DNA of 36,272 bases from Nitrospiria bacterium (GTDB lineage Bacteria > Nitrospirota > Nitrospiria > SBBL01 > JAADHI01), in the NCBI GenBank assembly GCA_046756725.1, contig JBHHWW010000002.1:1-36272 (forward strand), read 5' to 3'. Of this stretch, positions 17,447 through 27,114 are shown piece by piece. The notes under the pieces were generated by a model. That model was not told the origin of the DNA. It did no database searches and saw nothing but the letters and a program-made list of their open reading frames with translations. Both the position numbers and the translations under genes were made by a program. How positions within the stretch are numbered: position 1 is the stretch's first letter; every line of letters starts with the position of its first letter.

Positions 17447-19213
17447 TTATAGATAATGCCCAGTCGCAACGGTCTCTATTTTTTCAGGATCTGCCGCAGA
17501 ACGGCCTGCCATTGTACGAACATGGATAATTTTTTCACTGTTTCTCCCAGCGATTTTTGCCCAGTCATCCGGATTCGTCGTATTGGGGAGATCTTCATTT
17601 TCCTTGAATTCTTCCTGAATTGCCCGGAGAAGATCTTCTCCCTTTAAGCCTTTGACTTCGCAGTCGAGGAAACGTTTAATAGCGTGTTTTTTTGCACGGG
17701 AGACAATCCCCTCAATCATCGCACCACTTGAAAAGTCCTTAAAATAGAAAGTCTCTTTTTCTCCATTGGCGTAGGTCACTTCTAAAAATTTGTTTTCTTC
17801 GCGCAGGCTATACATTTCTTCAACCGCATCGTTAATAAAGGTTTCGACCACTTTTTTTCGGTTGTTCTTTTCCTTTTCCAAGGCTGCCGGATGGAAGGGG
17901 AGATCTTCTGAAAGATATTTGTAAAAGATGGCGATGGCCGCATCTTTGTCCGGTCGTTCAATTTTGATTTTGATGTCTAGTCGTCCAGACCGCAAAATTG
18001 CAGGATCAAGGAGGTCTTGCCGGTTTGTCGCGCCGATGACAATCACATTTCGGAGTTGTTCGACCCCGTCAATTTCTGACAGGAATTGGGGGACGATGGT
18101 GGACTCCATATCAGAAGATACGCCCGTCCCCCGGGTTCGAAAAAGCGCGTCCATTTCATCAAAAAAGACAATCACAGGGTGACCGGCCTCAGCACGTTCT
18201 TTTGCCTTCTGGAAAACCTCTCGAATCTGTCGTTCACTTTCTCCGACATACTTATTCAGTAGCTCAGGCCCTTTCACATGGAGAAAAAAACTTCTGATCT
18301 CTCGGCCGGAACGACTGCCCAATTTTCCGGCGATGGATGCTGCCACCGCTTTTGCAATGAGTGTTTTTCCACATCCGGGAGGTCCATACAGGAGAACACC
18401 TTTTGGAGGGAGGAGCTTATGTTCTGCAAAGAGATCACGATGTAAAAAGGGAAGCTCCACAGCATCTCTAACCAGTTGAATCTGTTCGTCCAGGCCTCCG
18501 ATATTTTCATAACCGACATCGGGTATTTCATCCAGAACCACTTCTTCAACTTCAGATTTTGGCAGTTTTTCAAGAACATGACCTGATCGCTCATCAAAAA
18601 GCAAGTGATCTCCAACGGAGACATGTTCTTTCAACAAGGGGTCTGCCAATTCAACCACAAGTTCTTCTTCTGTTCGAAGGGACACAACCAGCCTGTTGTT
18701 TTCCAAAATATCTTTCACACGAACGACTTCACCATGGGAATCAAATCCACAAACTTCAATGGCATTTAAGGCCTCGTTTAAAAGGAGCTGTTCGCCCTTT
18801 TTGAGTGCGCTTGAAGATATATCGGGATGAAGATTTACCTTCATTTTCCTGCCTGAAACATAGACGTTGACCGTCCCATCTTTGTTTACGCCAGAAAAAA
18901 TGGCATAACTCGCGGGTGGGGCGGTCAGTTTTTCAACTTCACTTCTCAAGTCCTCAATTCGTTTTTTCGCTTCAATCAATGCGGCTGTTAATTTCTCATT
19001 CTGCTTTAAGGCCTGATCAAGGTGAGTGCGGGATTGGCGCAAGTCTTTTAATTCCCGTTCCATTGAGACCACCTGTACAAGCAGTTTTTCTCGCTCGCGC
19101 TCAATCTCCATGATCTCTGCTTCCATCTCTTGCCCACTGAATTGCCCTGAAAGCCGCTTTATTGTCGTTCGGAGTGGGTTCCTCTTCCCCTGTTTTTTGC
19201 CTTCATCAGCCAT
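17447..19213 (-). CDS. arc: Proteasomal AAA+ ATPase ARC/Mpa
   Basis: N-terminal coiled coil, OB region, GPPGCGKT, KGPELLNKYVGESER, FFDEMD, EDLPNTTNPDDW; C-terminal GHYL (GQYL-like docking motif). Confidence 0.95.
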   Translation of the reverse strand: MADEGKKQGKRNPLRTTIKRLSGQFSGQEMEAEIMEIEREREKLLVQVVSMERELKDLRQSRTHLDQALKQNEKLTAALIEAKKRIEDLRSEVEKLTAPPASYAIFSGVNKDGTVNVYVSGRKMKVNLHPDISSSALKKGEQLLLNEALNAIEVCGFDSHGEVVRVKDILENNRLVVSLRTEEELVVELADPLLKEHVSVGDHLLFDERSGHVLEKLPKSEVEEVVLDEIPDVGYENIGGLDEQIQLVRDAVELPFLHRDLFAEHKLLPPKGVLLYGPPGCGKTLIAKAVAASIAGKLGSRSGREIRSFFLHVKGPELLNKYVGESERQIREVFQKAKERAEAGHPVIVFFDEMDALFRTRGTGVSSDMESTIVPQFLSEIDGVEQLRNVIVIGATNRQDLLDPAILRSGRLDIKIKIERPDKDAAIAIFYKYLSEDLPFHPAALEKEKNNRKKVVETFINDAVEEMYSLREENKFLEVTYANGEKETFYFKDFSSGAMIEGIVSRAKKHAIKRFLDCEVKGLKGEDLLRAIQEEFKENEDLPNTTNPDDWAKIAGRNSEKIIHVRTMAGRSAADPEKIETVATGHYL

Positions 19214-19253
19214 GATGTTACCTCAAATGCATCGGTATAATTGCTTGAAATTA

Positions 19254-19282
19254 AGTCTATCATCCTTCCAAAAGAGGGTCAA
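19254..19282 (-). promoter_or_regulatory. sigma70 promoter of the Pup-proteasome operon
   Basis: Minus strand TTGACC-N17-TAGACT with TGn extension, about 40 nt upstream of the arc ATG. Confidence 0.6.
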
Positions 19283-19441
19283 CTACAGCCAAAAAGGGCT
19301 CTACCTACTCATTTTCAGGAAGAAAGCCGCCGAAGGATAATGATCATATTTAAGTTTCCTGGATTATGATGACAGCCATAATTGTCTTAATTTAAGTTTT
19401 CAGAAGCGGTATCCCGGTGGGATTTTGTGGCAAATTAATAG

Positions 19442-19500
19442 AAAAAATAGAGGGAAGGAAACAGCAGTTTTTTGCAAATCCACTGTGTCCCCTTCCCTCT
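19442..19500 (-). terminator. Probable terminator after ppdK
   Basis: AGAGGGAAGG...CCTTCCCTCT inverted repeat with a long, partly paired loop, and an A run on its left. Confidence 0.5.
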
Positions 19501-19513
19501 GGGGATGGCTATT

Positions 19514-22150
19514 TTATTGATTTTCTGAAATTGCGGCCTGTGCTGCGGCGAGCCTTGCAATGGGTACTCGATAGGGAGAACAGCTGACATAATCCAATCC
19601 AAGACGGTGACAGAAGCGGACTGAGCTGGGTTCTCCCCCATGCTCACCGCAGATGCCGATCTTGAGTTCGGGTCTAACGGACCGTCCCTTACCGATGCCG
19701 ATTTCCAGCAAGGCCCCAACACCTTCTTGATCAATCGATACAAATGGGTCTTCCTGGAAAATTTCCTTTTCGATATAGGCCGGGAGAAATTTACTGGAAT
19801 CATCCCGCGAAAGCCCATAGACCGTCTGTGTCAGATCGTTGGTGCCGAATGAGAAGAATTCAGCTTCTTTTGCAATCTGGTCTGCAAGCAATGCCGCACG
19901 CGGAAGTTCAATCATCGTGCCAATCGTGTAGACAACCTGTTCTTTTCTCAACGACATCACTGCCTCTGCCTTGGAAACACAGAGTGTCTTTAATTCAGAA
20001 AGTTCTTTCACATCTGAAACCAGCGGGATCATCACCTCTGGAATCACATCGATATTTTTTTTGCTCAATTCACAGGCCGCCTCGAAAATGGCTTCGATCT
20101 GCATTTCATAAATTTCAGGAAAGGTAATGCCGAGGCGACAGCCACGATGCCCCAGCATCGGGTTGAATTCATGAAGGGTCGTTGTTTTTGCGCGGATGGA
20201 TGCGACAGAAAGCCCCATTTCAAAAGAAAGTCCTTCCAAATCAGCTTCTGTTTGTGGCAAAAACTCATGAAGCGGGGGATCAAGAAGACGTATGGTCACC
20301 GGCAGTCCCTTCATTTCTTCGAAAATCTCTAAGAAATCGCCTTTCTGGATTGGCAAAAGCTTATTCAATGCCCGCTTTCTCTCTTCGACGGTTTCGGAGA
20401 GAATCATCTCACGAACAGCAAGGATTCGGTCTTCTTCAAAAAACATATGTTCTGTCCGACAGAGGCCGATGCCTTCCGCGCCGAAACGGATGGCCACACG
20501 CGCATCCCGCTGGCTGTCCGCATTCGCACGAACCTTCAGTCGCCGTGTCTTATCCGCCCATCCCATCAATGTTTTAAATGCCTCTCCCAGTTTCGGTTGA
20601 ATCAAATCCACCTCTCCAAGAATGACCTCTCCGGTCGAGCCATTGAGACTGATATAGTCTCCCTCTTTGACGCACAGATCTCCGACCGTAAAGTTACGCT
20701 CTGCTTCATTGATGACAATCGCACCACACCCTGAAATACAGCACTTTCCCATGCCGCGAGCCACAACCGCCGCATGAGAAGTCATTCCCCCGCGAGCAGT
20801 GAGAATCCCCTCAGACGCGTGCATTCCGCCAATATCTTCAGGAGACGTTTCTGCACGGACCAAGACCACTTTTTCCAGACGTTCGGCTTTCATCTCTGCA
20901 TCCTCCGCCGTAAAAACCACCTTTCCGATGGCGGCGCCCGGGGAAGCGGGAAGACCCGTTCCAATCACATTTTGTTTCGCCTTTGGATCGATCATCGGGT
21001 GGAGCAGTTGGTCCAATTGTTGAGGATCGATCCTGGAAATGGCCTCATTCTGAGTAATGCGTCCCTCACTCACCAAATCCACGGCAATTTGAATCGCCGC
21101 CGACGCAGTCCGTTTTCCAACGCGGGTTTGCAGCATGTAAAGTTTTTTGTCCTGAATGGTAAATTCAATATCAAGCATGTCCCGATAGTGAATCTCCAGT
21201 TTTTTGTAAATCAACATGAGATCAGCATAAGCCCTTGGAAGCTCTTCTTTTAGCGCCTCGATTGAAAGTGGTGTCCGGATGCCTGCAACCACATCTTCCC
21301 CCTGCGCATTAAAGAGAAACTCTCCGAAAAACCGGTTCTCCCCGGTTGAGGGATCCCGCGTAAATGCCACACCCGTCCCGGAAGTGTCCCCTAAATTGCC
21401 AAAAACCATCGCCACAACATTCACAGCTGTTCCCCAATCTTCCGGAATGTTGTTTAATCGACGGTATGTTTTTGCCCGTTTTCCATACCAGGAATTAAAG
21501 ACAGCATCGATCCCGAGACGAAGCTGATCAAGAGGATCTTCAGGAAATGCTTTTCCTGTTTCCTTTAAAATAATCGCCTTGAATTGTCCCACCAACGCAA
21601 TCAGGGCATCCACAGTCAAATCGGTGTCCTGGTGGACTCTGAGTGCAATTTTTTTCTCTTCGAATACCCGATCAAATTGTGCCCGGTCAACCCCTAAAAC
21701 AACGCTTCCAAACATAGAGACGAAACGCCGATATGCATCGTATCCGAACCATTCATTATTTGATTTTTTAATCAGACCTCTGACTGTCTGGTCGTTCAGA
21801 CCCAAATTGAGGACCGTATCCATCATGCCCGGCATCGAAGCCCGCGCACCCGATCGAACAGAAACCAAAAGAGGATTGTCAGGATCACCGAATTTAAACC
21901 CGAACGACTTTTCAACCTGCTTCATCCCGGCAAGCGTCTCTTCCCACATCCCTTCCGGATAACGGTTGTCAGCTTCAAAAAATTCAACACAAGCCTCCGT
22001 CGTAATGGTAAAACCAGCGGGGACAGAAATACCAAGCCGGGACATTTCAGCCAGACCGGCGCCTTTGCCGCCAAGAAGGTTCTTCATATCTCCCTGTCCT
22101 TCTGCATCTCCATCACCGAAATAGTAGACATATTTCTTTTTTTGTTTCAT
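19514..22150 (-). CDS. ppdK: Pyruvate, phosphate dikinase
   Basis: LLGGKGAGL, VSVRSGARASMPGMMDT, GGMTSHAAVVAR (phospho-His), GIGLCRTEHMF, SFGTNDLTQ, ICGEHGG. Confidence 0.97.
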   Translation of the reverse strand: MKQKKKYVYYFGDGDAEGQGDMKNLLGGKGAGLAEMSRLGISVPAGFTITTEACVEFFEADNRYPEGMWEETLAGMKQVEKSFGFKFGDPDNPLLVSVRSGARASMPGMMDTVLNLGLNDQTVRGLIKKSNNEWFGYDAYRRFVSMFGSVVLGVDRAQFDRVFEEKKIALRVHQDTDLTVDALIALVGQFKAIILKETGKAFPEDPLDQLRLGIDAVFNSWYGKRAKTYRRLNNIPEDWGTAVNVVAMVFGNLGDTSGTGVAFTRDPSTGENRFFGEFLFNAQGEDVVAGIRTPLSIEALKEELPRAYADLMLIYKKLEIHYRDMLDIEFTIQDKKLYMLQTRVGKRTASAAIQIAVDLVSEGRITQNEAISRIDPQQLDQLLHPMIDPKAKQNVIGTGLPASPGAAIGKVVFTAEDAEMKAERLEKVVLVRAETSPEDIGGMHASEGILTARGGMTSHAAVVARGMGKCCISGCGAIVINEAERNFTVGDLCVKEGDYISLNGSTGEVILGEVDLIQPKLGEAFKTLMGWADKTRRLKVRANADSQRDARVAIRFGAEGIGLCRTEHMFFEEDRILAVREMILSETVEERKRALNKLLPIQKGDFLEIFEEMKGLPVTIRLLDPPLHEFLPQTEADLEGLSFEMGLSVASIRAKTTTLHEFNPMLGHRGCRLGITFPEIYEMQIEAIFEAACELSKKNIDVIPEVMIPLVSDVKELSELKTLCVSKAEAVMSLRKEQVVYTIGTMIELPRAALLADQIAKEAEFFSFGTNDLTQTVYGLSRDDSSKFLPAYIEKEIFQEDPFVSIDQEGVGALLEIGIGKGRSVRPELKIGICGEHGGEPSSVRFCHRLGLDYVSCSPYRVPIARLAAAQAAISENQ

Positions 22151-22224
22151 CGAATTCCTCCTAATATATTCTATTCAATCGACACAACTTTAATCTGGTA
22201 AAGAATAAATTCGAGAGATAATTT

Positions 22225-24384
22225 TCAATATTTAAACTCACCTTCAACAATTTTTTGGAAATCACTAAAGCGATCAAAATGGCGGCTGACTTCGAATAAG
22301 AGGCTAAGACGGTTGTGGCGAATCTTATCTTCTTTGTCCATCACGAGGACGTCTTCAAAAAAACGGCTCAGCGGTGCATAGAAGCTTGCAAGCGTTTCTA
22401 ATATTTGAACATATTGTCGGTTTTTCCACAACGGATCCATCAATCGTTCAACCTCGGAGACAACTTCATACAACGCCTTTTCGCTTTCGTGGGTGAAGAG
22501 AGACGGGTTGACATATCCCTCAAATCCTTCCGGTAATATTCTCATGGCCCGCTTACAAGCAAGCATCAGGGGATCGAAGTCCGGCTCTTTCGAAAACCGG
22601 ACAAGGGCATTGACGCGCGCAATTAAATCTGCGGGGCGATCAAAGTGTTTTGTCAAAACAGCATCCCTCAAGTCATAACGAACGCTTACCGAATTCAGGT
22701 AATAATCGAGCCGCTGCTTCAAAAAATCAGACACGACATCAGCCACATTTCCGGCTTCAAACTTCTTCTGAACTTCGTAAAGACGAAACGACTCCCGAAG
22801 AATTTTTCGTAGCGAAAGAGGATGGAGGCCTTCTTCCATCGCAATCATTTGAATCACCCCGAGACCCTGGCGGCGCAGGGCATAAGGGTCCTCTGACCCA
22901 CTCGGAATCAAGCCGACACCAAAACAGCCGCAAATTGTATCCAGTTTGTCCGCCAGCGCCAAAATCTGCGCGATGCGTTCTTTCGGGAGATCATCCCCTG
23001 AAAATCGCGGCAGATAATGTGTCTCAATCGCCTCTGCAACCAAAGCATTTTCTCCATCCAGAAGGGCATAAATACACCCCATCTTTCCCTGGAGAGATGT
23101 GAACTCCCGCACAACACCGGTTAAGAGATCGCATTTACACAGGCGCGCAGCACGTTCAACAGCTTGTGTGCGTTCCTGAGAGAGGCCCAGTTCTTTTGCA
23201 ATGAAAGAAGAAAGAGAGACCAGTCGTTCCACCTTCTCATAAAGGCTTCCCAGTTGGTCCTGGAAAGTCACATTTTTAAGCAGTGGAAGTCCTTCAAGCA
23301 GCTTCTTCTTGCGATCCTGCTCAAAATAGAACCGGGCATCATAAAGACGTGCCGTCAAAACCCGTTCATTGCCTTTAATGATCTTTGCCATGTTGTTCGT
23401 CTTGATATTGGCAATGGTAATAAAATATGGAAGCAGTGCCTCCTCCGGTGAGACAAGATGGAAATAGCCTTGGTGTTCTGTCATGGCCGTGATGATGATT
23501 TTCTCCGGGATTTCCAGGAAGGAGGCATCAAACGTACCACAGATCGCCTTCGGGAACTCCACTGTGTGAACCGCTTCCCAGATCAGCTTTTGATCCGCGC
23601 CCCCCAGCCGCCCGCCTTTTTCATCGGCCAGATGTTTCATCTCGGTTTCAATCACACGACATCTCTCATCCGGGTCGACTAGAACAAAACGCTGACGCAA
23701 AGCCGCTTGATAGTCCTTGAAATTGCTGACATGGAATGGCCCGGGTGACATCAGATGGTGGCCATAAGAGACATTTCCTGACGACACACCGGCGTAGGAA
23801 AACGGAATCACCTTTTCATCGTAGAGGGCCACGATCCAACGAATCGGCCTGACGAAGGCACACCCCGTCCCATTCCATTTCATCGATTTGGGAGACGATA
23901 GTGCAGCGATCATCTCCGGAAGAATTTGTTCAAGCAGAGAGGTCGTCGATTTCCCCTGCTTTCGTTTTTCGACAACCAGGTATGCTCCTTTTTTCCCTGC
24001 CCCGACCTGGCCCAAATCCTCTGCTTGACGGATCTGAACCGCTTCAAGAGAAACTTTTTGAGACTTCGCAAAGCCGATGGCCGCAGGCGTTGGGATTCCT
24101 TTGCTGTCAAATGAGATCCGCTTTGGAGGACCAATGATGGTCTCACGCTTCGTTCCCTGTTCAGAGGCAATATGAGGAAAGGAGAGGATGAGGCGCCGGG
24201 GTGTCCCGAAAACACGGGGTTCTGAAAATGGGATTGTCGCCGTGTTCAATCGTTCTTTTGCAATTCTTAAGAGCTGCTTAAGAAGCAAAGGCATGATGTT
24301 TGAGGGGACCTCCTCAACCCCGATCTCAAGCAACAAGGGGTGTTCTACAGATGGGGATACTGTTTGGCTTGAAATAGAAGACAT
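22225..24384 (-). CDS. glyS: Glycine--tRNA ligase beta subunit
   Basis: LLEIGVEEVP, TPRRL, GNERVLTARLYDARFYF, GSEDPYALRR, NRLSLL; follows glyQ. Confidence 0.94.
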   Translation of the reverse strand: MSSISSQTVSPSVEHPLLLEIGVEEVPSNIMPLLLKQLLRIAKERLNTATIPFSEPRVFGTPRRLILSFPHIASEQGTKRETIIGPPKRISFDSKGIPTPAAIGFAKSQKVSLEAVQIRQAEDLGQVGAGKKGAYLVVEKRKQGKSTTSLLEQILPEMIAALSSPKSMKWNGTGCAFVRPIRWIVALYDEKVIPFSYAGVSSGNVSYGHHLMSPGPFHVSNFKDYQAALRQRFVLVDPDERCRVIETEMKHLADEKGGRLGGADQKLIWEAVHTVEFPKAICGTFDASFLEIPEKIIITAMTEHQGYFHLVSPEEALLPYFITIANIKTNNMAKIIKGNERVLTARLYDARFYFEQDRKKKLLEGLPLLKNVTFQDQLGSLYEKVERLVSLSSFIAKELGLSQERTQAVERAARLCKCDLLTGVVREFTSLQGKMGCIYALLDGENALVAEAIETHYLPRFSGDDLPKERIAQILALADKLDTICGCFGVGLIPSGSEDPYALRRQGLGVIQMIAMEEGLHPLSLRKILRESFRLYEVQKKFEAGNVADVVSDFLKQRLDYYLNSVSVRYDLRDAVLTKHFDRPADLIARVNALVRFSKEPDFDPLMLACKRAMRILPEGFEGYVNPSLFTHESEKALYEVVSEVERLMDPLWKNRQYVQILETLASFYAPLSRFFEDVLVMDKEDKIRHNRLSLLFEVSRHFDRFSDFQKIVEGEFKY

Positions 24385-24398
24385 TGTTACCCGTTATG

Positions 24399-25283
24399 TC
24401 ATGACTTCAAAAGAGGAAATCCTGCTTCTTCCCGTTGTTGGAGATAGGTCGCTGCACACAATCTGGCGAGCCCTCGAACACGTGCGATATAACCTGTTCG
24501 TTCTGTTACAGAAATCGCACCACGCGCATCCAGTAAATTGAAAAAATGAGAACTTTTAATACACTGATCGTAAGCAGGCAGGACCAGTCCCTTTGCAACC
24601 AATGCCATGCCTTCCTTTTCAGAGCGGTCAAAAGAGGTCTTCAGCAGGCCGATATCGGCTTCATCAAAGTTGTATCTGGAAAACTGTACCTCGGCTTCGT
24701 GGTGGACGGCTCCATAACGCATTGTCTCGGTCCAGGCGAGGTCGTAAACATTGTCAATCTCCTGCAGGTACATCGCAACGCGTTCAAGCCCGTAGGTAAT
24801 TTCAACTGAAACGGGATCCAGGGCAATGCCGCCAACCTCCTGAAAGTACGTAAACTGCGTAATCTCCATTCCATCCAGTCGGACCTCCCAACCGAGTCCC
24901 CAAGCGCCCAGTGTCGGGGATTCCCAGTCATCCTGGACAAAACGAATGTCATGCTCTGTCAGGGCGATACCAAAAGAAGACAAACTTTGAAGGTATAAAT
25001 CCTGTATATTTTCTGGAGCTGGTTTTAAGACCACCTGATACTGGTAATAATGCTGAAGCCGGTTGGGATTCTCACCATAACGACCATCTGTCGGACGTCG
25101 ACACGGTTGAACATAAGCGGCCCGCCAGGGTTCCGGTCCCAGAGATTTAAGGAAGGTTGCAGGGTGGAATGTTCCGGCCCCGACCTCCTGATCATAGGAT
25201 TGCAGGATCGTACATCCTTGATTGGCCCAGAAGTTGTGTAGGGATAAAAAAAGGGCTTGGAAATTCAGTCCTTTTCGCTTCAA
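24399..25283 (-). CDS. glyQ: Glycine--tRNA ligase alpha subunit
   Basis: [54 protein letters not shown]. Start uncertain; TTG 25283 preferred because the track ATG 25340 lies next to the predicted -10. Confidence 0.94.
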   Translation of the reverse strand: MKRKGLNFQALFLSLHNFWANQGCTILQSYDQEVGAGTFHPATFLKSLGPEPWRAAYVQPCRRPTDGRYGENPNRLQHYYQYQVVLKPAPENIQDLYLQSLSSFGIALTEHDIRFVQDDWESPTLGAWGLGWEVRLDGMEITQFTYFQEVGGIALDPVSVEITYGLERVAMYLQEIDNVYDLAWTETMRYGAVHHEAEVQFSRYNFDEADIGLLKTSFDRSEKEGMALVAKGLVLPAYDQCIKSSHFFNLLDARGAISVTERTGYIARVRGLARLCAATYLQQREEAGFPLLKS

Positions 25284-25293
25284 GAGTGTGCTT

Positions 25294-25302
25294 TTATCCA
25301 CA
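25294..25302 (+). promoter_or_regulatory. Perfect consensus DnaA box
   Basis: TTATCCACA; single copy, just upstream of the likely glyQ start. Confidence 0.35.
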
Positions 25303-25342
25303 GGTAGGTCTATAGGCCACTTGGAGGGAAACAACGGCATTT

Positions 25343-25372
25343 AAAGTAACAAAACGAGGAAAATATTGTCAA
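25343..25372 (-). promoter_or_regulatory. sigma70 promoter for glyQS-ppdK
   Basis: Minus strand TTGACA-N18-TACTTT with TGn extension. Confidence 0.5.
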
Positions 25373-25453
25373 TTGAAATGAGCTCACCTTAAAAACTAAA
25401 ATAATATGCGTAAATCCATGCCAATAAATGTTCTATATTTGAAGCTTCTTTAT

Positions 25454-25483
25454 TTGACAACTTTCGTAGCGGATGTTTACATT
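25454..25483 (+). promoter_or_regulatory. sigma70 promoter for the rightward operon
   Basis: TTGACA-N18-TACATT upstream of the 264-aa lipoprotein. Confidence 0.5.
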
Positions 25484-25515
25484 CAACCCTTCCTGCTGAG
25501 AGACAATGGGGGAAG

Positions 25516-26310
25516 GTGAGCCTCAAAGTGAAAAAACAAATGTATTGCCGATTATGGCTCTTTTCTCTTTCTTTTTTTATTCTCCTCACCGCCTGCACGA
25601 AAGAGATTCGCCCCACACCAGCCGCTTTGCAAAAGGACGCCTCTATTGAGGAATTAATCGCCCTCTATCAGAAACGAGTCAATGAAACGACAGGTTTTAA
25701 GGCCTTGATGGAAGTGACCGCCAACCTTGGAAATCGCGGGCGGCACACCTTTCAGGCATCACTCCACGCCCATAATAACCAACGACAAATTAGAGGATTT
25801 GATCTTTTCGGTGGAACACTCTTTGACCTCAGGTTAAGCGGACGGTTCTTCTCCTTGAGTATCCCCTCTGAAAGAAAAACATTGCGCGGAAAACTGGATC
25901 AGTTTGAGGCGCTTGCCGGAGAGAAAATCCCCTCCGGATTAATCAATCTTTTAGAATGGGTCACACGAAGCGGCCTCCCGGAAGTCCCCTTTGCTGACAC
26001 GCCAGCCCTTCAGAAAGAACAACATTTTTTCACCCTCTATTTGTTTTCAACCGATGGCAACATTGGATGGATCCGTCAAAAACTCCAAATTGAGCGAAAC
26101 GCTTTTCGAGTGCAGCAGGTTGACCTCTTCGATCTATCCGGGTCTCGTCAAACGATGATAAAACTGGATCATTATCAAAAAGTAGAAGGGCGTGATTTCC
26201 CATTTTCTGTGGAAGGACACGGGCCTGGAGGAAAGATTATTTTGAAGTTCAAAGAAGTTATCTTTGATGAATCGACTTTACAAAAATCAACTTCAATGGA
26301 TAGAGAATGA
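25516..26310 (+). CDS. Lipoprotein, possibly LolA/LolB-like fold (DUF4292-like)
   Basis: Lipobox LLTA-C; beta-rich body ending DHYQKVEGRDFPFSV...LKFKEV; ATGA overlap with tsaB. Fold is inferred; start could be ATG 25540. Confidence 0.6.
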   Translation: MSLKVKKQMYCRLWLFSLSFFILLTACTKEIRPTPAALQKDASIEELIALYQKRVNETTGFKALMEVTANLGNRGRHTFQASLHAHNNQRQIRGFDLFGGTLFDLRLSGRFFSLSIPSERKTLRGKLDQFEALAGEKIPSGLINLLEWVTRSGLPEVPFADTPALQKEQHFFTLYLFSTDGNIGWIRQKLQIERNAFRVQQVDLFDLSGSRQTMIKLDHYQKVEGRDFPFSVEGHGPGGKIILKFKEVIFDESTLQKSTSMDRE

Positions 26311-27041
26311 AAATTCTGGCAATTGACACCGCCACCCTGGCCGGAGGCGCTGCCTTAATGGATGAAGAACGACTTATTGCTGAATACCGACTCGATGTCG
26401 CCGTTCGACACTCTGAGCGGATCATGGTTGCCATTGATCACCTCCTTAAAGAGAGCCATACCAAACTGTCAGACCTTGACGCCATCGCCGTTTCAATCGG
26501 CCCGGGTTCCTTTACCGGGCTGCGCGTCGGGCTGGCAACGGCAAAAGGCCTCGCAACAGGCGCGGGCAGGCCATTGGTTCTTGTTCCGACACTGGCAGCC
26601 ATGGCCCATCCCTTTTCACATTCCAAATATCTTATCGCCCCCTGGATCAATGCGCGCCGTGGAGAAGTTTACTGGTCTCTATTTGAAAATCAAGACAATC
26701 ACCTTGTGCAGTACACACAAGACGCGGCGACCTCCCCCGAAGACGCCATTGAAGAGATTGGCGATGTCATGCGCGAGCAAAAAACCCGTTTTTCAGGCAT
26801 CCTCTTTGTGGGAGATGGCGCATTAAAATACCGGAGCATTATCCAGAAAAAGTTAGAAGCGAAAGCGGCTTTCCCGACACTGAGCTTGCAATTCCCCTCT
26901 GCGGCAAGCGTGGCAGAATTGGGCCTTGAGTTACTCACAAAGGGAGAAGGAATGGCGCCCGATTTGGCGGTCCCAAGCTACTTGAGGGCTTCTTATGCAG
27001 AGTTGAAAAGGAATGCGTCTGAGGGTAAAATGAGGGTGTGA
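26307..27041 (+). CDS. tsaB: tRNA t6A biosynthesis protein TsaB
   Basis: MKILAIDTAT, HSERIM, IAVSIGPGSFTGLRVG, NARRGEVY, PSYLR. Confidence 0.94.
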   Translation: MKILAIDTATLAGGAALMDEERLIAEYRLDVAVRHSERIMVAIDHLLKESHTKLSDLDAIAVSIGPGSFTGLRVGLATAKGLATGAGRPLVLVPTLAAMAHPFSHSKYLIAPWINARRGEVYWSLFENQDNHLVQYTQDAATSPEDAIEEIGDVMREQKTRFSGILFVGDGALKYRSIIQKKLEAKAAFPTLSLQFPSAASVAELGLELLTKGEGMAPDLAVPSYLRASYAELKRNASEGKMRV

Positions 27042-27114
27042 CAATATTCCCGAAAACACTGCCAACGCACCTCCGGATATTCTTTCCCGAAACACTTGAG
27101 ACCTTGCCACTTTA

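Noticed and set aside
19514-25283. glyQ-glyS-ppdK co-location as a novelty
   Set aside because: This synteny is known from other bacterial lineages.
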